Below are positions 27,800-35,541 of a stretch of 64,000 bases of DNA, in pieces; the first letter of the stretch is position 1, and the number at the start of each line of letters is the position of its first letter. The notes under the pieces are model-generated. The model was given only the letters and a program-made list of their open reading frames with translations, ran no database searches and had not been told where the DNA came from. A program made the translations under genes and the position numbers. Origin of the DNA: an uncultured bacterium (GTDB lineage: Bacteria > Bacillota > Clostridia > Oscillospirales > CAG-272); the NCBI GenBank assembly GCA_949282345.1, contig CASDOQ010000053.1, positions 37,720 through 101,719 on the forward strand. The letters are read 5' to 3'.

Positions 27800-27828
27800 A
27801 TTATACAGGAGATCTGCCTGAAATGCAA
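27800..27828 (-). promoter_or_regulatory. SigA-type promoter for EF-G paralog
   Basis: The minus strand reads TTGCAT-17 nt-TATAAT. The ~95-nt leader has GGCAG-N6-CTGCC and GGATGCC-N3-GGCATCC hairpins. Confidence 0.55.
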
Positions 27829-27845
27829 TGGGGAGATTGTAAGTT

Positions 27846-28850
27846 TTAATCAATTAACGTAGAAATATCAGACATATTTTTATTAGTTTCGAATAAAAAT
27901 TTTCCTTGATAGGTATCTCTGCGTACAAACTCTTTGTCAATAGCGTTCATGAGGGTGAATTTTTTCAGCGTGTATTGGGGAGCCACGAGCTCCGCCGGCG
28001 GAGCATCTCCCGTCACGCGGCTGATGACGATGCGGGGATCGAGGCGCTCTATCTGGCTGACGAGGATCTCGGTATAGACCTCTTTCTCAAGCGGAAGATA
28101 CTCCCCTGCTTCATAGAGACGATGGAGTTCGGTTCGACGCAAAACGTCGAGAAGATGAAATTTGATCTCATCCGGCATCAGTTTGCCGACCGTCACAGCG
28201 CTGTGTATCATGGCTGCGCGGTCTTCTCCCGGCAAGCCGTCGATCAGATGAACGGCAATGCGGACCCGGGGGGCGGAGGCACGCAACCGACCGAAAGCAG
28301 ATAGAAAATCGGCATACGTATGCCCGCGGTTGATCCTTTTTGCAGTCGCGTCCGATACACTTTGTAAACCTAACTCTACAGTCAGGTCGATTTTTTCCGA
28401 GATTTCGGCAAGGAGCGCTACCACTTCCTCCGGCAGGCAGTCGGCGCGCGTGGCAATATGAAAGGCAACGCAGTCGGGTAAGGAGAGGACTTCCCGGTAC
28501 AGGGACCGGAGACGTTCGATCGGTGCGTAGGTATTCGTGTTGGATTGCAGGTACGGGATGCAACGCGCCGTCTCCCACTTTTTCCCCATCCGTTCGCGTT
28601 GCAGGCGGAACTGCTCGGCTACCGGCAGACCGGGGAAAGTAAAATCTCCGCTTCCCCGTGCTGAGCAATAGATGCACCCGCCAACGCCGGCCCACCCGTC
28701 GATATTCGGGCAGGAAAAGCCGCCATCCAAAGGGATCTTCACGCATTTCCCCCCGTAACGGCGGCGCAGATAATAATTGTAAGTATGATACCGCTTATTG
28801 GAATCGGTGTACGGGAAGGGGTTCCGTTCAGGCTCCGTCAGTTTTTTCAT
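27846..28850 (-). CDS. Radical SAM protein, TIGR01212 family
   Basis: Contains KRYHTYNYYLRRRYGGKCVKIPLDGGFSCPNIDGWAGVGGCIYCS. Start at ATG 28850 (MKKLTEPERN). Overlaps the upstream gene by 23 nt. Confidence 0.8.
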   Translation of the reverse strand: MKKLTEPERNPFPYTDSNKRYHTYNYYLRRRYGGKCVKIPLDGGFSCPNIDGWAGVGGCIYCSARGSGDFTFPGLPVAEQFRLQRERMGKKWETARCIPYLQSNTNTYAPIERLRSLYREVLSLPDCVAFHIATRADCLPEEVVALLAEISEKIDLTVELGLQSVSDATAKRINRGHTYADFLSAFGRLRASAPRVRIAVHLIDGLPGEDRAAMIHSAVTVGKLMPDEIKFHLLDVLRRTELHRLYEAGEYLPLEKEVYTEILVSQIERLDPRIVISRVTGDAPPAELVAPQYTLKKFTLMNAIDKEFVRRDTYQGKFLFETNKNMSDISTLID

Positions 28851-29505
28851 AAGTCTTCCGTCTCCTGTTTTTTTGATAGATCCATGCGCTGAGAAGCGAA
28901 AAGAGGAGCACTGCTCCAAAAAGCCAAAGGAATGCCGATTTGCCGCAGGCGGTAAAGAGCGCGCGGTAGAGGCCGAAAAAGCCGAAAAGCGTAAAGACCG
29001 CATAGGAAAGCGCGGAAAAAACACGGTCATCCACCCGCTTTTTGAGAAGCAATCCGATCAGGATCCCGGCGGCATCCGCCAAGAGGAGGCCAGCTATCCC
29101 TCCGAGCGCGACCTGCCAACGGTCGCCGGGCAATGCGGTGGCCGAGGAAGCGATCACGGAAAATTGCGTTTTGTCCCCCAGTTCCGCAAGGAAGAATGTA
29201 AAAAATATAAAGAGAACCGAACCCCGGCTTTCCCGCCGCTCGCGTTCCTTTTCGCTCCGCAGACACAAAAGGGCAAAGACGAGGAAAGCGGCCGCGCTGA
29301 GCGAGCGGATAATCCCCGCTGACAGGAAAGAGGAAAGGACTCCGCCGACTCCCGTGGCCAGCAGAGACAGCAACACAATAGCGGGCAAGACCCCCAAGAC
29401 GATGCGTAAGACCCCATACCGCGAAGAAAGACTCATCATGAGCAACTGCGTTTTATCTCCCAGCTCCGCCAAAAATACCAAGGAAAAAACCGATAAGAAT
29501 AGCAT
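28828..29505 (-). CDS. UPF0016 (GDT1/TMEM165) family cation transporter
   Basis: Two E-x-G-D-K-T motifs (FLAELGDKTQ appears twice) in an internally duplicated polytopic protein. 225 aa. Confidence 0.8.
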   Translation of the reverse strand: MLFLSVFSLVFLAELGDKTQLLMMSLSSRYGVLRIVLGVLPAIVLLSLLATGVGGVLSSFLSAGIIRSLSAAAFLVFALLCLRSEKERERRESRGSVLFIFFTFFLAELGDKTQFSVIASSATALPGDRWQVALGGIAGLLLADAAGILIGLLLKKRVDDRVFSALSYAVFTLFGFFGLYRALFTACGKSAFLWLFGAVLLFSLLSAWIYQKNRRRKTYEKTDGA

Positions 29506-29579
29506 AACCCCTCCGCAGAACAGATTCTTTTATCAGAATATATTTATTCCGCAGAAAGGCTTCTCATGAACGCCGGCTC

Positions 29580-30947
29580 TCAATTCGTTTCTTTTTTCAG
29601 AAGATGCGGCAGGACCCCCGCCACGTGGGAGATCCCGATGAGCGTTACGCCGTCCGGAACCCGGATCCGTTCCTTTGCCGAGCGGGACGGAAGCAGGATC
29701 CGGCGGAAGCCGAGGCGCACGGCCTCGTTGATGCGCTGTTCGGCGTGCGTGACAGGACGGATCTCCCCCGCCAGCCCGATCTCCCCGAAAGCAATCAGAT
29801 CGGTCGGGAAGGCACGGTCAAGGATCCCCGAGATCAGCGCACAGGCGACCGAGAGATCGGCTGCCGGTTCGCAAAGGCGGATGCCTCCCGCGATATTCAG
29901 ATACACGTCGTTGGCCGAGAAACGGAGCGTCAGACGCCGCTCAAGAACCGCCAAAAGCAGGCACATCCGATTATAGTCGAATCCGTCCGCCGTCCGGCGC
30001 GGCGCGGGAAAGACGGTCGGACAGACCAGTGCCTGTATTTCGGTGATCAGGGGTCTTGTCCCTTCCATGGCACAGCCGATACAGGTTCCCGCCGCCGTCG
30101 TGCGGTCATGGAGCAGGACCTCGGAGGGATTCGGTACTTCGGTAAGACCCTCGTCGGTCATGTCAAATACACCGATCTCGTTAGTGGAACCGTATCGGTT
30201 TTTCATCGCCCGGATGATCCGATAGATCTGCTGGCGGTCGCCCTCAAAATATAAAACGGCGTCTACCATATGTTCAAGGATCTTCGGCCCCGATATACCG
30301 CCTTCTTTATTTACGTGACCCACGAGAAAGACTGCGGGGCCGTCGGATTTTGCAAGGCCGATGAAAGCGGCGGCGCATTCGCGCACCTGGGCGATGCTCC
30401 CTGCCATAGAGCGGGAACGGGCACTGTAGATCGTCTGGATCGAGTCAACGATCAGAAGATCGGGCTGAAGTTTCTGCGTAGCCGCAAGGATCGCGTCGAG
30501 ATCGGTCTCGCTGATAAGATAAAGTTCTCCCTCCCCGACGCCGAGCCGTTCCGCCCGGAGTTTGATCTGCCCGCGGGATTCTTCGCCCGAGGCATACAGC
30601 ACACGTTTGTTCCGGCAAAGACTTTTGCAGATCTGCAAAAGGAGCGTCGACTTTCCGATCCCCGGTTCTCCGCACAAAAGAACCACGGAGCCGGACACGA
30701 TCCCTCCGCCAAGCACGCGGTCAAGCTCCCCCGTTCCGCTCGGAATGCGCATATATGTGGGGATCTCGAGTTCCGAGAGTTTGCGCGGGGTAGCCGTCTT
30801 ATGTCCGGCCGCAGACGTCGCAGGAGACGGAGCAGGCATTTCCTCCTCCATCGTATTCCACATTCCACATTCGGGGCAACGCCCGACCCAGTTTGATACG
30901 CAACAGCCGCACTCGCGGCAAATAAAGACCGGTTTTGGTTCTTTCAT
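29580..30947 (-). CDS. radA: DNA repair protein RadA/Sms
   Basis: Contains a zinc finger (CRECGC...CPECGMW), Walker A GEPGIGKST, the KNRYGSTNE motif and a Lon-like C-domain. Start at ATG 30947 in an ATGA overlap with the upstream gene. Confidence 0.9.
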   Translation of the reverse strand: MKEPKPVFICRECGCCVSNWVGRCPECGMWNTMEEEMPAPSPATSAAGHKTATPRKLSELEIPTYMRIPSGTGELDRVLGGGIVSGSVVLLCGEPGIGKSTLLLQICKSLCRNKRVLYASGEESRGQIKLRAERLGVGEGELYLISETDLDAILAATQKLQPDLLIVDSIQTIYSARSRSMAGSIAQVRECAAAFIGLAKSDGPAVFLVGHVNKEGGISGPKILEHMVDAVLYFEGDRQQIYRIIRAMKNRYGSTNEIGVFDMTDEGLTEVPNPSEVLLHDRTTAAGTCIGCAMEGTRPLITEIQALVCPTVFPAPRRTADGFDYNRMCLLLAVLERRLTLRFSANDVYLNIAGGIRLCEPAADLSVACALISGILDRAFPTDLIAFGEIGLAGEIRPVTHAEQRINEAVRLGFRRILLPSRSAKERIRVPDGVTLIGISHVAGVLPHLLKKETN

Positions 30948-31702
30948 GCTTCGGCTCCCGTTTTGTTGATATATCCCATAATACCACAAAACAGGGAAAA
31001 GCACAATCGCTTCTGATAATCTTTTTCGCAAAGGCGGGCGCATTCATCGGGGTTGGAAAGGAATCCGCACTCCACCAGCACCGCGCGGCCGACTGCTCCG
31101 TCCAGAAGATAAATGGCGGACGTTGCTTCCTTTACCTCACGCCGGTTTTCCGGCTGAAGAGAGGAAACGACCGCCTGCCGGATCGCCTCCGCCAACGCCA
31201 GACTTCCCGCCGTATGTCCGGCATAATAGACCTGCAGGCCGTTATATTTTTCCTGCGGGAAGTTGTTCATATGAATACTGATAAAAATTGCGTCGGGATG
31301 GTCTTTGGCAACGCGGAGGCGGTTTTTCAGATCAAATTCTTTTTTTCTTCCTTTTATGTTTTCCCCCTCGCCGTACAGCATCCGGTCTTCGGTTCGCGTC
31401 AGAATGACGGGGACGCCTGCCGCGCGCAAAAGATCCGCAAGCCGTAGCGTAACAGCAAGATTCAGATCCTTTTCCAGCACGCGGTTCACCCCGACGGCAC
31501 CCCCGTCCTCCCCGCCGTGTCCCGCGTCGAGGATCACGGTAGGATAGGCTCCTCCCGTCCCGGCCGGAGCCGAAGCAGTCCCGGCGCGCTTCCCGGAAAG
31601 ATAGACGGTAAGAAAACCGGCCGCAAGAAAGAGGAGTAAGAGAAAAAAGACACCTACCGTCTGACGGAACGGGCGTCTTTTTTCGTTTTTGGAATTTTTC
31701 AT
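30944..31702 (-). CDS. cwlD: N-acetylmuramoyl-L-alanine amidase (Amidase_3), CwlD-like
   Basis: One N-terminal TM helix, then ILDAGHGGEDGGAVG, FISIHMN and LVECGFLSNPDE. Start set at ATG 31702 (GGGGGA RBS); 31717 is possible. Confidence 0.7.
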   Translation of the reverse strand: MKNSKNEKRRPFRQTVGVFFLLLLFLAAGFLTVYLSGKRAGTASAPAGTGGAYPTVILDAGHGGEDGGAVGVNRVLEKDLNLAVTLRLADLLRAAGVPVILTRTEDRMLYGEGENIKGRKKEFDLKNRLRVAKDHPDAIFISIHMNNFPQEKYNGLQVYYAGHTAGSLALAEAIRQAVVSSLQPENRREVKEATSAIYLLDGAVGRAVLVECGFLSNPDECARLCEKDYQKRLCFSLFCGIMGYINKTGAEA

Positions 31703-31759
31703 CGGAATTTCCCCCATACAGTTTGCTACAATATATGAGGGCGCACACAGATTGAGAAG

Positions 31760-32329
31760 TCAGTCTCCGCGCTTTTTTTCAACCTGCGGATGGTTACAGC
31801 CGTAATTGTATCCCAACCATGCAGAAAGCGCCGCCAGCGCAGGGGTAATGAGATAGCAGACTACCGCCCCGGCGCGGATCAGGTTTTGCGGCAAGGCGCG
31901 CAGCAATGCGTAGATCAATCCGCTGTACATCGGTTGCAGGATAAAATTCGTGACGGTGAGCGCCGTCTCAAACAGCGTCTTTCCGAATCCTGTCCCGAAA
32001 AGGATCAACCCGACAAGCATTAAGAACGAAAAAAGATAATTCACTGCAGAGGCCGCAAATCCGACCTTCAGACCGAAGAGCTTATCATGCTCCATACGAC
32101 CTCCGGCGATCTTTACGCTGTCACGGTTTCCCGCTTCCCGCATGGCATAGAAAACGAGAAACAGATAAAACACCGAGGCAAACGCCGAGGCAACGATTGA
32201 CATACTGGCCTGGAGATTCTCCGGCATCGTGGTCACGGTCGTGTTGATCACAAGAGAAAAAATGATGATCCCCACCTGATTGATGACGAGGCGGGTGATG
32301 TGATACGAATTCTTTTTGATAAATCCCAT
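31760..32329 (-). CDS. Hypothetical polytopic membrane protein
   Basis: 189 aa with ~5 TM helices. AAAAGGAG RBS and its own promoter. No family recognised. Confidence 0.5.
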   Translation of the reverse strand: MGFIKKNSYHITRLVINQVGIIIFSLVINTTVTTMPENLQASMSIVASAFASVFYLFLVFYAMREAGNRDSVKIAGGRMEHDKLFGLKVGFAASAVNYLFSFLMLVGLILFGTGFGKTLFETALTVTNFILQPMYSGLIYALLRALPQNLIRAGAVVCYLITPALAALSAWLGYNYGCNHPQVEKKRGD

Positions 32330-32357
32330 GTGTCTTCTCCTTTTTCACTTCTCTTCT

Positions 32358-32386
32358 ATATTATCTCCTTTCGGATTCGATTGCAA
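32358..32386 (-). promoter_or_regulatory. SigA-type promoter
   Basis: The minus strand reads TTGCAA-17 nt-TAATAT, ~28 nt upstream of ATG 32329. Confidence 0.5.
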
Positions 32387-32477
32387 GGCGAAGGCGAAAT
32401 GTTTACAAATTGTACACTTCTCGGAAGAATGATTTTGTATAATCAGATTGAAAGACCACCTCACTTGGGAGGCAATC

Positions 32478-33545
32478 ATGTCAGGCAATCTTCTTCACTC
32501 CAATGAATTCAAAACCGTGCCTGCCGTCGTGCAGAATTTTATTCGCACCAAGATCGCCATCGAAGGTTGTTCCGAAAAGACGGCGACGGAATATCTTTTG
32601 GATCTGCGCACCTTTTTCCGCTATCTCGTCGCCACGGAGAAAGATCTGCCGCTGACTGGGGATGAATTCCGGTCGACTGATATTTCTTCGGTCGACCTTG
32701 CCTACGTTCTCCGTCTCTCGCGGGATGACGTCATTGATTTTCTCTCCTATGCGGCAACCGACCGCGAAAACGAAAAGCCCAGCCGTGCTCGAAAACTCTC
32801 CGCGCTGAAATCCTTCTTCCACTATATTTCCACGCTGGACAGTCGGTATGCCGACTTTGACCCGACGAAAAACATCAAATCCCCGAAACGCGATCAGACC
32901 CTGCCGAAATATCTGACGGCCGAGGAAAGCGTTTCCTTGCTTGACAGTATCGCGCAGGACGAAAATTCGCGTTCCCGTAAACGAGACTTTGCAATCGTAA
33001 CGCTTTTTCTCAATTGTGGGATGCGTCTTTCCGAACTTGTCGGAATCGATCTGACGGATATCGACCACTCGCTCCGTTCCCTGCGCGTCTTCGGAAAAGG
33101 GGGCAAGGAACGCATTATCTATCTCAACGATGCCTGTCGGGACGCTCTTTCCGCTTATTTTGAGATCCGTGCGCAGGAGCACCCGAAAGAAGCGGACGCC
33201 AATGCCCTTTTCATCAGCGAACGGGAAAATCGTATTTCGGTAAAGACCGTCCAGCACATCGTATACAAGTATCTGGAAAAAGCCGGGCTTGCGCAAAAGG
33301 GCATGTCTGTCCACAAACTGCGCCACACGGCGGCCACCCTCATGTATCAGACGGGACAGGTGGACGTGCGCGTCCTCAAGGACATTCTCGGGCACGCACA
33401 GCTCAATACCACCCAGATCTATACGCACCTCTCCAACCGGGACATGGAAGCCGCCATGCGGAAAAATCCGCTTGCCTCCGTCACCCTTTCCGGTGAAAGC
33501 CGAAAGAACGCCGAAGAGGAAAAAGACCTGGAGGGCGCGGAATGA
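32478..33545 (+). CDS. Tyrosine recombinase, XerC/XerD family
   Basis: Catalytic set present: CGMRLSEL (R), HKLRHTAAT (H-x-x-R) and LGHAQLNTTQIYTH (H, Y). Start at ATG 32478 behind GGGAGG. Confidence 0.8.
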   Translation: MSGNLLHSNEFKTVPAVVQNFIRTKIAIEGCSEKTATEYLLDLRTFFRYLVATEKDLPLTGDEFRSTDISSVDLAYVLRLSRDDVIDFLSYAATDRENEKPSRARKLSALKSFFHYISTLDSRYADFDPTKNIKSPKRDQTLPKYLTAEESVSLLDSIAQDENSRSRKRDFAIVTLFLNCGMRLSELVGIDLTDIDHSLRSLRVFGKGGKERIIYLNDACRDALSAYFEIRAQEHPKEADANALFISERENRISVKTVQHIVYKYLEKAGLAQKGMSVHKLRHTAATLMYQTGQVDVRVLKDILGHAQLNTTQIYTHLSNRDMEAAMRKNPLASVTLSGESRKNAEEEKDLEGAE

Positions 33546-33608
33546 TCCTCTCCCCGATCGCCTCGGCTCCATAACGCTTTTCCCCCGTGCGGCATATGCT
33601 GTACGGGG

Positions 33609-34337
33609 GTGATATTTTTGAACGAAACACGACTTTTTTATCTTTCGGAATCCCGAAGAAAAAAGAAAAAGACCTACAGAATAAAACCCTTTTTCTTTCT
33701 GCTTCTCTTCCTTCTTGTTTTTCTCTTTGTCAACCGGCAGTTCTCCTTCCTGCTGGAAAGTCTTTCAGAAAAGCAACTCAAAAACTCCGTGGAATGCGTC
33801 ATCGACCGCACGTTGGAAGAATCGCTCCCCCGATACAAAGATCTGCTTTCCCGCATCATCCGTATCCGTTACAAAGAGGACGGGACTGTCGCTTCTCTCG
33901 AGACCGACACCGCTTCCCTGGCCGAACTGCGCACGATTCTTTTGTTGCAGGTGCTCGATCGGATCGAAAAAGAGAATGCGCTCACCGTCCGTATTCCCGT
34001 TACCTCGCTGTTCGGGATCAATTTCTGGCAAAGCGAACAGACGCTTCCGGTTCGGGTACATCTGTCCCGCGATCTGCATGCCTATTTTACCAGCGAATTC
34101 AAAGAAGTCGGCATTAACCAGACGTTGCATCGCGTGAGCTTTCATATCAGCGTGGGAACCGTCCTGCTGATCCCCAGCCGCACGGTGCAGTTGCCCCTCG
34201 GGAAAGACTATCCGATCTCCGAAACCGTCATCGTCGGCACCGTGCCGGAAGCCTACACACGCATCCACCGTCTGAACGACGACATCACCGAGACTGAGAT
34301 CGACGACATCTACGATTTCGGTGCCAGCACCTCCTGA
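33609..34337 (+). CDS. yunB: Sporulation protein YunB-like
   Basis: Basic N-terminus plus one TM helix, then a ~200-aa domain whose layout and size match YunB as I recall it. The start (GTG 33609 or TTG 33618) is uncertain. Confidence 0.5.
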   Translation: MIFLNETRLFYLSESRRKKKKTYRIKPFFFLLLFLLVFLFVNRQFSFLLESLSEKQLKNSVECVIDRTLEESLPRYKDLLSRIIRIRYKEDGTVASLETDTASLAELRTILLLQVLDRIEKENALTVRIPVTSLFGINFWQSEQTLPVRVHLSRDLHAYFTSEFKEVGINQTLHRVSFHISVGTVLLIPSRTVQLPLGKDYPISETVIVGTVPEAYTRIHRLNDDITETEIDDIYDFGASTS

Positions 34338-34415
34338 GCCGTAGGTAGGCCCGACCGTGCATCGCAGAAATGCGGGATCGGCAAAAGCAAAAATTAAATT
34401 ATTTTTAACTTTTGC

Positions 34416-34444
34416 TTGCATAAACTCGTCGGGCGTGGTACAAT
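34416..34444 (+). promoter_or_regulatory. SigA-type promoter
   Basis: TTGCAT-17 nt-TACAAT, 30 nt upstream of ATG 34474. Confidence 0.5.
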
Positions 34445-34473
34445 AAAAAACAAAAAGTATCCGGGAGGGAACC

Positions 34474-35319
34474 ATGAAACTCGGTGAAAAGATCAAAATG
34501 CTCCGTCGTGAAAAAAAGATGACGCAAGCCGCTCTGGCCGGTGACCAGATAACGCCCAATATGCTCTGCGCCATCGAGCGGAATACGGCAAACCCATCCC
34601 TGCCGACGCTGCGCCATCTGGCGCGCGAGCTGTCGGTTCCGCTCTCTTATCTGATCGATGATGAAGAAGACAGCACCGCCTACCGGAAGCGCGAAGCCAT
34701 GCCGCGTATCAGTGCCCTGTACCGGGAAAAGCAGTTCAACGAATGCTTCCGGCTATGTGAATCCCTGCCCGGAGAACCCGACGACGAATTGGCGCTCATC
34801 CTCGCTTCCTCGGCGCTGGAGTGCGGCAGACGGGCTTTCCACCGCGGGAACATGGAAACGGCGCTGGTCTATTGCAACGAAGCGATCAACTATGCAAAAA
34901 AGACGGCCTATCCGACCGAATCGATCATCGCACAGGCCATGCTTTATGCGGCCATATGCGAAAACGTGAACGCGCCGCGACGTGACTTTCGTGAAGAGGA
35001 ATACCTCCGTGTGGCAGCAGATGCCGTAGGGCGGGAAACCCATGCCTATCTGACGGACGATGAGACCTATCCGTATCGAAACTCCCTGTTGGCCGAACAT
35101 ATTGCCGCGCGTGCCCTCATCCGAAACCGCAGATATGCAGAGGCGCTTCCGCTCCTTTTATCGGTAGAAGAAAAGAAAACCTCGCCGGAAGCCTCGGCTT
35201 ATCTCCTCTTCCGTCTTTATTCCGACCTGGAGGCCTGCCACCGCGAAGCCGGAAACTTTGAGGACGCATACCGTTACGCCTCCAAACGCATCACGCTCCT
35301 TTCCGCCTTTCAGTCCTGA
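34474..35319 (+). CDS. XRE-family HTH regulator with TPR-like C-terminal domain (RNPP-like architecture)
   Basis: N-terminal HTH_3 (LGEKIKMLRREKKMTQAALAGDQITPNMLCAIERNTANPSLPTLRHLARELSVPLSYLI), followed by ~210 aa of helical TPR-like repeats. Confidence 0.75.
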   Translation: MKLGEKIKMLRREKKMTQAALAGDQITPNMLCAIERNTANPSLPTLRHLARELSVPLSYLIDDEEDSTAYRKREAMPRISALYREKQFNECFRLCESLPGEPDDELALILASSALECGRRAFHRGNMETALVYCNEAINYAKKTAYPTESIIAQAMLYAAICENVNAPRRDFREEEYLRVAADAVGRETHAYLTDDETYPYRNSLLAEHIAARALIRNRRYAEALPLLLSVEEKKTSPEASAYLLFRLYSDLEACHREAGNFEDAYRYASKRITLLSAFQS

Positions 35320-35343
35320 GAACGCCGCCGGCGTTCTTTTTTT
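35320..35343 (+). terminator. Rho-independent terminator
   Basis: GAACGCC-GCC-GGCGTTC stem followed by TTTTTTT. Confidence 0.7.
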
Positions 35344-35428
35344 ATGCCGGATCTGCGGAAGGAATCCGCACCGAGGAAAAGCAAACGTAAAAAAGCGCGA
35401 GAAATACAGAAATACGGACGATAAAATC

Positions 35429-35457
35429 TTGACAAACCCGGATTTATATGGTATAGT
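35429..35457 (+). promoter_or_regulatory. SigA-type promoter (extended -10) of decarboxylase operon
   Basis: TTGACA-17 nt-TATAGT, with TGG preceding the -10. Confidence 0.6.
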
Positions 35458-35541
35458 GTATTCGGTGGAATTTGGGCTTTTACAGAAGCCCGGAAATTTT
35501 AGGGAAGGAGAAGATTTGCCATAGGCAAATCGTACAGCATC

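Noticed and set aside
29506-29579. yybP-ykoY Mn2+ riboswitch upstream of the GDT1-family gene
   Set aside because: The spacer is only 74 nt and lacks the conserved four-way-junction sequence features.
32478-33545. Tyrosine recombinase as a marker of an integrated mobile element
   Set aside because: No flanking direct or inverted repeats, tRNA target, phage, conjugation or cargo genes are present. Its neighbours are conserved sporulation and housekeeping genes, so it is probably a chromosomal Xer-type recombinase.
33587-34117. 176-aa alternative-frame ORF overlapping the yunB-like gene
   Set aside because: Its product is R/P/S-rich and lacks the TM segment and domain pattern seen in the 33609 frame.
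35344-35424. 26-codon basic sORF (MPDLRKESAPRKSKRKKAREIQKYGR) as a candidate signalling peptide for the XRE-TPR regulator
   Set aside because: It starts inside the terminator U-tract, has no SD, and has no hydrophobic or secretion segment. It is more likely chance.
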